Assembly: GCA_040954595.2 (NCBI GenBank)
Contig: CM082592.2
Coordinates: 4,976,735 to 5,040,734, forward strand
Direction of reading: 5' to 3'
Length of the DNA: 64,000 nucleotides
Source of the DNA: Balanoglossus misakiensis
Taxonomy: Eukaryota; Animalia; Hemichordata
The translations under genes and the position numbers were made by a program. Under the pieces are notes generated by a model that saw only the letters and a program-made list of their open reading frames with translations, ran no database searches and was not told the origin of the DNA. Numbering within the stretch: position 1 is the stretch's first letter; every line of letters starts with the position of its first letter. This document shows positions 11,822 to 24,016 of this stretch, one piece after another.

Positions 11822-14800
11822 ACATATCGTTGGAACTCTAATTTATGGAAGTGGACGTCGTTCTGATTTTGAGATGGTTAACTTCTCATATTCATACACA
11901 ATTTGTTTGGGAAATGATCTCTGAACCAGTATAGTAAGTAAAATAAACTAAACGTGAACACATTTTCGACTATCTTACCATCGTTCCATTCGAAGGCAGC
12001 GTCGATGTCATTCGGAATCCCGTCCCAATTCTGATAGATGTACTTGGGGTAGCCTGGGTCCACTCTCTGGTTGTACTCGTCGTATCGCCAATACTTCTTC
12101 CCCTTGAAGAAGAACGTCTTGCCGTTCTGGCCCCAGACGAGGGCGGCGTCGATGTTGCGCGGCAGACCGAGGTTGCTGAGGTACTGGGGCGCCGAATCGT
12201 CGGGGTAGTTCGCTCTGTACGGCCAATACTGAGAGTCTACGGGGAAACACATTTGAAAATTGACAGTCGATAAGAGACAGCGGACAAATTTTCCAAGTTG
12301 TCACCACATGCACGAGTCCCAAATTTACAAGCTATAATACTGTCATAAAAAGTCATTACAAGTTGCTTTTTAAACATGAGTGCACAACTTACCTTTGAGG
12401 AAAATAATTCTATAGTCGTGACGTTCGTAGACGGCGTCAATACCGTACGGCAGGTCGTACCAGAAGCGGTCAATGTCGATCGGGTAACCGCTGAGTGCCT
12501 GCCCTTTGGTTCGCATCCTCCAGAACTTGTCATCCTGCAACGACAAGCAAGATCACATCAAATCACTGAAGAAAATGGCGACCTAGTGACGCTACGTAAC
12601 CGATTCTCTCTCTCTCTGTCTCTCCCTCTCTCTCTCTCTCTCTCTCTCCTTCACAGTGGTACAGTTCGACGGCGTTGTAATCGTTGTGACAACGGAAATT
12701 ATGAGGGAACTGGCGAGATACACAACGTTGGAACACATACATACCTTGAAGAAGAATAACTCTCCCCTGATTTTACTGACTGCGTCAAAGTCGACTGCGC
12801 ACGGCTCCATGGTTGGTTTGACCGGATCGACTGGCTTCTCGGTGGGCTTGTCCGTTATCTCTGGCATTTCGGGCTTTGATGTGTATGAGCCTGCCGCCCC
12901 TGGAGCAAACAAATGAGTGAGCGAAGGTGTGTGAGTGAGTGAGAGAGGGAGAGAGAGAGCGAGTGAGTTGAGTAAGTGACCCCAACTGAAAAAAAGTAAC
13001 ATCATGGGAACACACTGTTTTCTCTCTATATATTTGTTATTAAACATTCATTGAAAAATCAGGGAAATATTCTAACTTTTGAGGAGTCATCAACCTTAAT
13101 TGGATTTGGAAACTCATGCATAAACGATTCATTCTTTTAGTTGTCGAGTTGTCAATACATACCGTAGATGGTCTGTATTCCTATTCGATCATCTTCCGGC
13201 AGTTCGTAGTATTCTTTGTAACCCTGGTAATAGGGCGCCATCAACGCCAGGGGCACTGAGGAGTGGCCGAGACCGAGGCTGTGGCCGAACTCATGAGCAG
13301 CGACTTGGAGGAGATTGATACCTGTAGGATGACATAAATTGAAATTCAAGACAGTGTTCGATATTTTGTTGAATCTCGCTCACATTCAGGTTTACAGCAT
13401 TGTTGTGCAATGGAATGCGCGTACAGTTATGTACAAATGAAGACAAGGTAGGCCTAAATTTATATTTGTCGTTTGGAAGCCCCTTCCCAAATTGTGTTGT
13501 AGACTTTTCTGGAGAGCATCGGAAGAAGCAAAGGCGTCTGGGTAACCGAGACTAGACATCGATATGATGTACAAGAGGGAATTCCTACAGTTAGAATTTT
13601 AGAACCAAACGACATTACATAGGTGTTTGAAGCCTTACCGTCGTAAGTATCGATTGTGAAGTACTCCCCGTCGTCGAAGTGAGCGTCGCCTCCGATGCCC
13701 GGGCCGGGGAAGTACGCATGCGCCAGGGTGCCACCTGGACCGTCGAAGGGGGCCGCGTCGTCATGCCAACCCTGTCGGAATTGGATTCTGATGTCAGCCT
13801 CCCCCTGGAAGATTTCTGTGAACTCGAGCGGTGTGACGTCCTGCCAGATGTCAAAGGCTTTGCGAATGGTTGCTCGGGTGTCTTCGGCGTTGAGGTCAGG
13901 GGTGAAATTCTCAATTCTGTGAATAAGAGACGGCAGGCGTAGTAGGACCAAAGTTAAAACTTGAAATCGAATCTGATAACACTTAATGTGCAAATGAATC
14001 TACAATTCTCTTGAAATGCGTGCCCGTCGTTAGTCGTTACCTGTAAGTGAGATGATTCTTGTACCATTGAAAGTTGACCAACGCGTATCTTCTCTTCCGA
14101 GCGCTCTCCGAAGTCCCGACGATGTCGGGAATCCCGCAACGAGGTTTGCTCATCTGGGCCAGGGTGTCGGCGTCGATTTCCCCGGTCTCCGGCAGGCCGG
14201 CAAATCGCTGCATCGTTCTGATGGCGTCTTCGAATTCCTCTTGGGTCTGCAGCTGTCCAGACTTCAGGTCGGGCGTTGGTAGGTAGCCAAACCGCCGGAG
14301 GAAATCCTGCTTGCGAGTAGAAGTGCGTGTGAAAGGCGTTAGTGGAGATGATTTGAATGTCTGTATGATGAAGATTCATATTAGGTCGCGAGCACGCCTG
14401 CGTGGATAGCTCGGACATCTTTAAAACAGCGCAATATCTTGCTTCAAAGGAAAATCAAAAACATTCTGTCTAAATATAGATAATAATTTTCATGAAAACT
14501 TTTTGCACCGAAGCAAGTCGAGAGGCAAATTGACCTTTTCTGTTACATGACCTTATCCCTGGTCAGGTATAGTACTGTTGAAAGCCGGGAAGTTTGGTAG
14601 TGTAAATATTTTCTGTTTTATAATAAGACCTATTGCAATACGCTTGGAACGTTGAAACGATGTCAGAGGTTGACTTCGCGAAAAAGAAATCCTTCGATGT
14701 GAAAATTGAGTAGGATTAGAAGACCATTTGTGTATCCCTGGCGTGCAATTGTGAGCGTGCAACCACTGGTTGTCAGTATAGATAGTAGAACGTGTAGAAA

Positions 14801-17800
14801 TTGGAGAATTGATTGGGGGGGGGGCTGTCAAAAGCGCCGGCCGTGTTACATAGAGAACCAACTGCAATGTGTTGGAATTTTCTGAACTTGCAAAATGAAT
14901 GTATGTGAAGAGGTTCATGGAAATCGGAGCATTCTGTTTACAAAACACCTGCCATCGTTGTGTGTGGCATGATCTAAACGAACATTTTCTGGCGGCTAAT
15001 TTTATACTGGCCGTGATATCGGTTGACAGAAATGCCGACTCTGAGCTGTGCATAGGACGACTGGCAAATGTTCCGTTTTACACAGGGGGGAAAGACACGT
15101 GCGTTCTACGTGTCGCCCATCAATCCACCGTCTGATTCTGTCTGCTTTGTTTGCTTGTGTTTTTGGCTTCCCCCTTTACTACATGCGGGTTTTCTGGATA
15201 AACATTTCTCGAAACAAGCTGTTTATTTGCCTAATCTCGACAGTGACAGTCTTTCCTGTAATCCAATAGTTCTGATGGTTACTTTCGTTCACGGCGACTG
15301 TCTTTGCCCGCGTCAGGTCAGTTTATACGACGCTTTCCGCTTATCCCTAAATCACTTGTGCGGTCACACGTAATTTATTAGTTGGGGACAAATTTAATGG
15401 CTGAAGATGACGTGAACCTGGAAATTTCCTCTTTTTACACAAACACTTTCAATTCGTCTTTCCATTTCGAGTCTTTTTTATTTGTAGATATGAAATTTTG
15501 ATACAAACGAATGATAAGCCTCATTATTGCAAATTTCAACTTAATCAATAAAAAAATTCCAAATAAATTTAAAAGGAGCAGTAACACATGGCGCTTATAT
15601 TTTCTTTCTCGACTCAAAACATAAACGTATTACTGGTTACCCGTCCCGGCAATTATGATTACAATCTTTCGATGTCTGTGCGTTTTTACACGAGGTGACA
15701 GTCCGCCAAGTCAGATGCGAGAATGATGAGAAAGGGTGCTATAGGGCGGAAATAATTAAATTATGTGACATATGCGCGACTTATCCGTGAAAACAAACAT
15801 GCTAGTATAATTTTTACGATGAGGAAAACTGGCGCGCTTGGAGATGACGTACACAGGAAAGAGGGGACAGGGGAAACATGACGTCATAATTTTCTCTGAC
15901 CTTGAACTTGCATGCATTTTAGCTGTATCATTTCCTTATGTCACCACGAATGTATAGACTCGGGACACACTTATTATACCAACGAGAAAATGTTCAGGGG
16001 ATTATACATTGTATATAATACTCTGTGGGACACACTCCAAAGAGACCATATAGATCTGTGCACGTCTATGATCTGTTGCATTGTCTACAACTTTTCGCAG
16101 GGGCATTGTGGTTGGCCCTGGTCAGGCATTAGGAACTGAACGACCGTCACGTAGGAACCAAGAAAATTAGGTGTAACACCCCCTGTAGGCATATAACACC
16201 GGGACATCGCAGTTTCCCCCGCACGATTGGGTCAAGGGTTGTGTGTCTCCGGGTAAATTTGAAAGGGGTAGCAATCCTGGAACGACCAGACAGACAAACG
16301 GAGGCAAATTCAATAGCCCCCCCCCCCCCCACCTCCCGGGTTCGCCCGCGGGGACTAGAAGAGAGGTTCCCAGCAACTCGAATCCATCTTTCATCAGAAA
16401 TTGTGCTTGTTGCATTTCCGGTTCAGGGGTATGGCTATTTCCGGTATACAGTGGCTTATATTTAGCCACGCGGTGAACAATTGACAGGAAACTGGGGCGA
16501 CGTGCGACTTTTCCGCTTGATTTAAGTTCAGTGCGGCATGGTATAGGCATTACACATTTGATAGATAACATAGGGAGCGTGGATTGAACAGAATCGTATT
16601 TTTGTCTGACTTAAATCATTAGGGTCTCATGCTTCTAATGTTTTCGGAAAGCGGTAGTATGTCTTACTAATCACACACCCATACATGGCAGAATGTGCAA
16701 ACGTTACCGTGGCAACCCTACAAAAAACGAAGTCTGCTAGGACGTGCTCGAAACTAGCGTAATTACCTCCAGTTTTCCCCGCAGTTGGCCTGGATTAGTT
16801 AGGTTTATCAGAGCGCCTTAACAGTACAGCTTTATAGATGTATTTTCAACGCTTTCAAAAGAAAACCCTTGACTCCTCGTGAACTTCTCAACACAGTTCT
16901 GGGATCCAAACACCGTCGCAAACCCCTGAGAGATATTTTACCTTTGCCCCAGACGAGAGGACAAAGCCACCGAGGTCTTTCACCACGATGACCAGTGCAG
17001 TGAAGAATTTTTCTTCAACCACACACCAGAGAATAGAAGTGTCGTGGAATCTGAGTTTGTAAAGCATTTAGGTGAAGTGGCATACCGTACATTCACGTCT
17101 GTACAGACATTCTGTTTTCGAGATCTCATTTGAGCACGAGAAAGAAAGAACTCGCTTTAAGTGAGAGTTCTAACAGAAAATATAATTGTTTTAAAATTAA
17201 ATAACACCACCTATCAATCAAATCGATTAGAACTACTTCTGCTGCTCATTTGCATGCTCCGAAAGAATAGCATTAAATGAATGTGGGAAAACTCTGGCTA
17301 TGTTAGATATACTAGTATCCATCCAGCCTTCATTTAGAGCACTATCTCAGAACTCACCAATGTCACATCTTATCAGCCTTTACCATTTAACGCAAAATAA
17401 TAACAGTCTCTTGAGCGCTCAAATTATCAACACCTTGAGTAAATGAGTAAGCAAGAATCCATTAGTTTGCGTATTTCGTACTGTAAGAGGTTTTAAGAAA
17501 TTACAAGCAAAGTCTTTTCACTACACTCGCACCCCGAAGCACGCGCAGGCTCCTTGCAGTCGTTGGCCTGAGGTATCCAAAATGCGTAAGTTGGTAGTAT
17601 TTCAAGAAAATTTGCCTCTGTCACTTTTGACACTAGGGTTAAGTTATATAAGGCGGGACAGCGACAGAAGCGCCAAGCGGCACATTCGTGTTCCCGTTTG
17701 CGGATATTTCGGCAATGCGTTGGGAATTTCAGCGATTTACACTTGCAAGTAGGGATTAAAAAGCTACAAAATTGAGAATACTCACCACTCCTCGTGCAAC

Positions 17801-17899
17801 GGACGAATCATCAGCAGTCGTCGCGCACAGCGAAAGGTATATGCATAATAAAACGGTGGATACTCTTTTCGTAAATGACGACAGATTATTAGAAGCCAT
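11504..17899 (-). CDS. MMP-B: GPI-type matrix metalloproteinase, MMP17/MMP25-like, 537 aa, 8 exons (tandem paralogue of MMP-A)
   Basis: Exons 17786-17899, 14041-14306, 13639-13916, 13163-13321, 12745-12899, 12393-12534, 11979-12236, 11504-11745 (1614 nt). [31 protein letters not shown], hemopexin domain and C-terminal [23 protein letters not shown]. Intron phases are identical to MMP-A. Confidence 0.93.
11748..11818. repeat. (AG)n/(CT)n microsatellite directly abutting the splice acceptor of the last MMP-B exon
   Basis: 71-nt perfect dinucleotide run; on the - strand it reads (TC)n-TAG|exon. Confidence 0.95.
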
Positions 17900-20800
17900 T
17901 GCGAGGTAAAATTGTCTGAATAATGCGGGGCTAAGCCAAGCCCGATCGGGTATAGCTGTATGTACTTGTGAAGTGCACAGCAACTTGGAGGTTCGTTCTC
18001 CGCTCTCGCGCCGTGTGGGAGTATTAGGCCTATAACCGAGTTGCGTATATATAGAGAGAGTTTTTCAAAATCGAGTTCACCTATACGTGGTCTGCAGTTG
18101 AATGCTGAACTAAGGAGCGCCCGACCTCTCCTTTTAAGCGCTTCCCTTACCCAACTTCCGACCGGTCGTGTGACTTTGTTCATTTGCATAGCAGCAAGGG
18201 GGCCACTACACATTGCAAGGATGGAGGGAAAGTCAGCCCTGACTGGGGATGACTATGATGACTAGCTCTGACTTGCCTTGGGTTTTCGAGTTTTATTCAA
18301 ACAATTAAAAAAACAAGGGAAGGGTCGTGATGTATTTCCGCTTGAGGCAAACGCCGCAATTTACTCTGGCGAAGGCAAGCACCACTATACGGTACGACCT
18401 GAACACTTTCCAAACAAACATATATTTATTTCACTGCGGCAACAGAATGTTTGACTAGAGATAGGTACAATCGTGCAAGGCTCTGCACACGGAAAGTCAC
18501 CATTCTGTAGGGATATTGCGGTGTTACTTTGCCGTTCTGAGCGTTGGCTCCTTGTCGTGGGTTTTTGGTAGACAATTATATGTCACACGTATATCGATGT
18601 CTGAAGACCCTGCTACTGCATCTGGTATACAGCTAGCAAGTTTATTTACCACGATAAATTTCTTTCAAGTATGCTCGGACTAGAACAAACGTCTTAATCG
18701 TTAATTTTTTAATTCAAGTGTAATTTTAGAGTAATTGTAGCGAAACCAGATAATGTGTTAAAGGGGGTGTCACGTGTTATTTATGCGGAAAGAAGACTTT
18801 CTTAAACCAAATGGTTTCACGCATGCAAACTTCCAAGCATTTCACACAAAGAAGTACTTTCATGTCCTCACAATGACCGGAAGCGATTTTGCGCGCCCCG
18901 TATTACTCGACAGACATCATGGTAGCCAGGTTGGGGATCGCCATGACAACAGATGAAAATCACAATACTGGCCCTTTTGTTGTAAGACCATTGACCGGAA
19001 GCATAATCAATTTTAAAGTAGGGGTGAATAAATATTATGTTTACAGAAATCGTTCATGGGCGATAGATGGATGTGTGGTTTTAGGTTTTAGGTTCCATGT
19101 ATCGCGCAACAACAATCAGCCTTTTGAGCTCGTTGAGCGCCAGACTGATGTGACTACATCATTGTTGAAAGATGTTATGTAAACTCAGGTTTGCAGGGGT
19201 TAAGATATAGCTGGCAGCGGTTGTATATGAAAAGAAGCACAGAACAGCGAATTCTCCACTGGCAGAACGGGATCACGATTTTAGGCTGAATTTTAGTTTA
19301 ATATATCGACACACACTGAGTTAAGGTGAACATCTGTAGAGCTCTGCCAATTTTGGACGTTTGTCCGTTCCCCCCCCTCAAAAATATAGATATAATAGGT
19401 AAACTTGCTATTACCTAAAACGGGGTCAAAACGCCCAGGCAAGACTTTTGTGTACTCTACTCATACTGAGTTAAGGTGAGTGTTTTGACAATCACGCCCA
19501 CTTTGGACCTTTTCCGTTTTCTCCAAATATAGGTACAAACATGAAAGGTAGACTTGCTATTGTCCTCAAATGACTTTCAGACATCGGACAATGTCAGTTG
19601 GAAACGCAGACATTGTTTTACGCATATCCGAGTCCTAGGTACCAAAATAGTACAAGTAATCTCACCACATCCTAGTTTCTAGTAAAAACTTAGAGAGATT
19701 GGTTAACTCGGCATAGTCACAACTTTCACCTCTCAAGCCGCACCGCTGGAGTGTTGGGTTTCTCTCAACGGCGAGGCGCACGACATCGAGACTTCGGCCG
19801 GAGAAGCGTTACTTCAAAAGCTTGAGAGCTAGTTATAGTTTCACTCAAAGACAAACACCGGTAAAACAACTATCAGCCATCTTAATACAGGGGGAATTAT
19901 AGCATTTTAAAATTGTCATTTTACAATGTCAAAGACATCTTTTCTTTAGTCAGATGTAAGTCTTGAAAATTAAATTTACAAAGTCGAACAGTATCGCAGC
20001 ATTACATCGGACACGGGAACATTCATATTACCCTCTCGTGTTTTTTTTTATTCCGGTCAACCAACAGTTTCCTCGATATTTCCCAAAATAAAAATTTTTC
20101 TCATTTCCTTTCTGTACTATATCTTGTAGGTCGATGATACGCTACTGTAAGGAAATTTGAATATAAACGGCGTATGCCATCATGACCGCGTGACTTGCCG
20201 GATTTTTGATGTCAGATGACCTCAACATCTGACCTTGAATTCCCACTGTAGCAGAGTCCAATGTTTTCTTCAGATTGGTGGGGGGGGGGGGGGGCTCACG
20301 CGGGTAGAAATGCGCACGAATCTTGCACGCGCGTACGCATGTACGCACGCACGCACGCAGTCAGCATAGCCACCAGCCTAGCTTGCTATGGAGCGAGCGG
20401 GAGTCACAAGGACAACCCGTTCATGCTTATTTACGTTCTCTACAAAAATAGGGAAATGACTTAATATTTTTTCCTGCAATTCGGAGCTTTGATTGATGAT
20501 AATTTGCAGATAGTATTCATTCAGGCTCAGCTTTCCAGCTCTCTTACGTACTGGTCTCACTCTACAACGATATTTCCGTTTTTATTCCGTTTTGAAAAAA
20601 AAACAAGAGCACTTAAGCTTTCGTGGTGGTTTTCCAATGTACAGGGACACCTTTCCGAAGTTATACAGTCACCAGTGCAAACCTAAACACAGTACATGTA
20701 TATACTATACGAGAGGTTGGGATCTATAGCCAATCACAGATCTCCACTCGGGTGGCCACGCGACGGGGAAAACGAGCGCCACCACATGGTTATTAGAATA

Positions 20801-23800
20801 CTTACTAAAAGACACAGTCAATGCAAAAAATGCGGGGAGAGGGGGGGGGGGGCTGCATCATCCCTTTGGACAGGTGTGAGAAGCAACAAAGAATTTTTTT
20901 AATTACAAAAGACATGTTATACAACCTATAATCCATTGACATTCTTGAGATTCAAAGATTCAACGAGTTGTTCCCAAAAAGGTCAGAGTTGCCGAGGCTG
21001 AACACTCAAATAGGGCACTGTCTGCTCTCGCTCAGTTGAAACGCGCGCCCGCCGACATTTGATAGGTCCAGGCAGCTCCGTAGTCGGTCATTGTGAGAAC
21101 GGATATATGAATGTTGTCAGACACATTTCTCAGAATTATGCACATGGGGAGCCTTCGAATCTGATTGAACACACATCACGACTTTCCTTCTCTGCGTTGG
21201 TGATGGTCACCTTCAGATCTCTCACCTGGACGTCTCCCCGACATCACTTTCTGGGTGTACACCACTATATTTGGTAGCGATTATTCACATAACTCTTTCA
21301 TTATACCACAAGTTCATTTGTCCTGGGGCGTGCACGTGTTTCTATAACACCTGCAACACGATACAACGTTTTAACATACCTGTAGAAACCTTTTAATGTG
21401 TTTAGGATGACGAATTCTTACATCATTCGACCATACCCCAAATTCAGTCCTGCAAACCTCAAATACCACCGACCCCCACCAGAATTCCAGTTTTCACACC
21501 CTGTGAATGTTTTGGTGTATGTGCCGTATTAAAGACCAATGACCATGATGACGTCACTGCGGTTTGTATTGTTTGGTCGGCGACATGGATAGTTGGTAAC
21601 GACAATGACAATGTCATTCCGCTATCTATAAATGGTAATGTAAACTTAACGGTCAAGTGCAGAGGTTGGAATTCAAGCCCCACTCTGACGTAGTTCAGTG
21701 CATCAAGTGACGACAGTTCGAGGAAGATGACTGCACAGTTTGTTATTTCTCCAGCTCACCTTCATTCAAAGGTGCCAAAGTAAACCACTGGAACAGACAC
21801 GACACGCCGCATTTAACGTGGGTGCAGCTATGGACGCGAGGGTGGCAATGAGTTAACTATTTTAAGGTATTTTGAGACGGTAACAGCGTCCTACCACAAA
21901 TTTCCCGTCTATTCAACTTTCGTGAACCACAGAAGTTATTCAGGTGTTCAAGGTGATATCTCCAAACTTTGGCAACGTGACGAGGCACACACGGGCATAA
22001 GTTTAAATATAGAAACATTTTAATCTTTTTTTAAAATTCATGCTGGGAGATTTAACTACATTTCTTTCTATAAAACTCCATAGACAGAGGCATACACGCG
22101 GGGAAAGTACACGAGGAAATATACATAGAGATTGGTTCATGTATATGTTCAAAATATTATACAAATTGCAGGTAGTAACACAAAACTCCTACAGATTTGC
22201 AAAAATACGCAACAGATAAAATATCGGATTTGTCATGGGTAGTATCAGAACAACGCAAAGAGTCCAGAGCGTTTTTTCTGTACTGAAACCATACATACTA
22301 GTATATACGAGTGAGAGCTAAAACGGAAATGTCTCTTTCATTTTTCTCACTATAAATTATCGAGGAAATGTAGGGTGAATCGATGAGCAGAGGTGACGTA
22401 ATGTATGCAAACGTGATGTAGAGCAGTTTCGGTGCCATGCGTAATGACTTGTTTTGGTCTGGCAGAGTACAATGTACATGATTTCCAAATGGGGACCATT
22501 TCCAATGTAATGGTGTCTAACTTACTATTATCAAAGCACGAAGGTAGCAATATAAATGTTTGTTCCTCGTTGTCTAAATTAATGACGCAACTGCGAGTTA
22601 TCACTGCCAGTCGGACACGTACACTGGATTTTGCCTCAAGACCCATGAAAGACCAGGGTCTATGGTACAGTAGACATGGTCTTTCACGCAAGACTACTGT
22701 TAGTACACAAACCAGTTTCGAGAGGAAAATAAAATTACGTCACTTTATTGGCCAGAATCCAACATATTTGAGAATAGTTAAAGAATACATTCTCTACTAT
22801 CTTATTCCAGGAAAATGTGCTATTTTCAGGAAGGAATCGTTGCGAACGATAGACCGCGGGGTTCGATAGCATCGGCTCGGTGACTTCCTCGGGGAAATGG
22901 TTGCAAGATCGATCGGCGCCAAGAGCGAAACCGTGAAACGTTCCTGGCACAGGTTTCCTCTCCGAGCATCCCAAGTGTCACATGACTGGGAAAGAACTTC
23001 TACAGTATTTTGGTAATGTGATGGTTATTTTGTCTGCTTTATAACGTCATTCGGATGACGAAGCGCACCGGAAATTCGAGATATCATTGCTTCTATACCC
23101 GTACCTGTGCGAAGGTAAACATCAAATTCCACCTGTACAGTTCGTTTGTCCAACGCAAGGTCAAACAATGAATCGTTGGGGGAGCTTCCTGCAATACTCG
23201 CGAATTTGGAAACATCCCAGGAATTTTATCGCGGAATTGTCTTGCCGAATACAATGTGCAGCGCCCACTTCCGATGCTGGGTATTTGTATATGTTTGGGG
23301 GATTCGCCGAAAAAGTATAACGTGTGCAAAAGGAATTCTAGATCAGATCCGACAAGTAGCTGGCATTAAAGCCAAGTAGGCCTGAAGAGGCTATAGCTTC
23401 CTGCCCCCCTTGTGACACTGTCTACAAAGTTTATGACCCAACGCCAACCTTAACCGGGGACACGTCAGTCAAAGGCCCATTTTGCGTCATTGTGGTAAAG
23501 TTCTCGCGCACGCATGCGTAGTTTCGCTTTTCTGCCCAAGAAACCGGTTGACTGAACTTACTTTAATGCATGTATAGATGCCCCCGGCCCGCCTCCTTAC
23601 CAAATAAAGGGATCTGTTTACGATTGGCCCGTGTTAAAAATAAAGCAAGCGTTCGTTGAACAGCACAGGGCATTTCGCAAGCGGGTAGACGATTGAGGTG
23701 CTGTCTTGCATTGAAGGTAAGTCCAACCTTCTTGCATTGAAGGTAACGCTATTGTTCTATTCTTACCTTGTATATGCCACTGTACATCGCACTGAACATC

Positions 23801-24016
23801 ACAACAAGCTAGTACAGTAGTGTAGGCCATACCAAACGAGAGATGTGTGAAACATCGCAAAAGGCGATTGTTTGACGCCATTCATGCCGAGTCTCTTTTC
23901 GCAATTTCTTGCAGGCGATCACATACCCCAGGGCCTAACCCAGGCACTTCTGGATTTCACCGTCAGCTTCTCACACCCTCCGTTCCAACGCCACCAATAA
24001 CAAGCCTACTCGTAAC

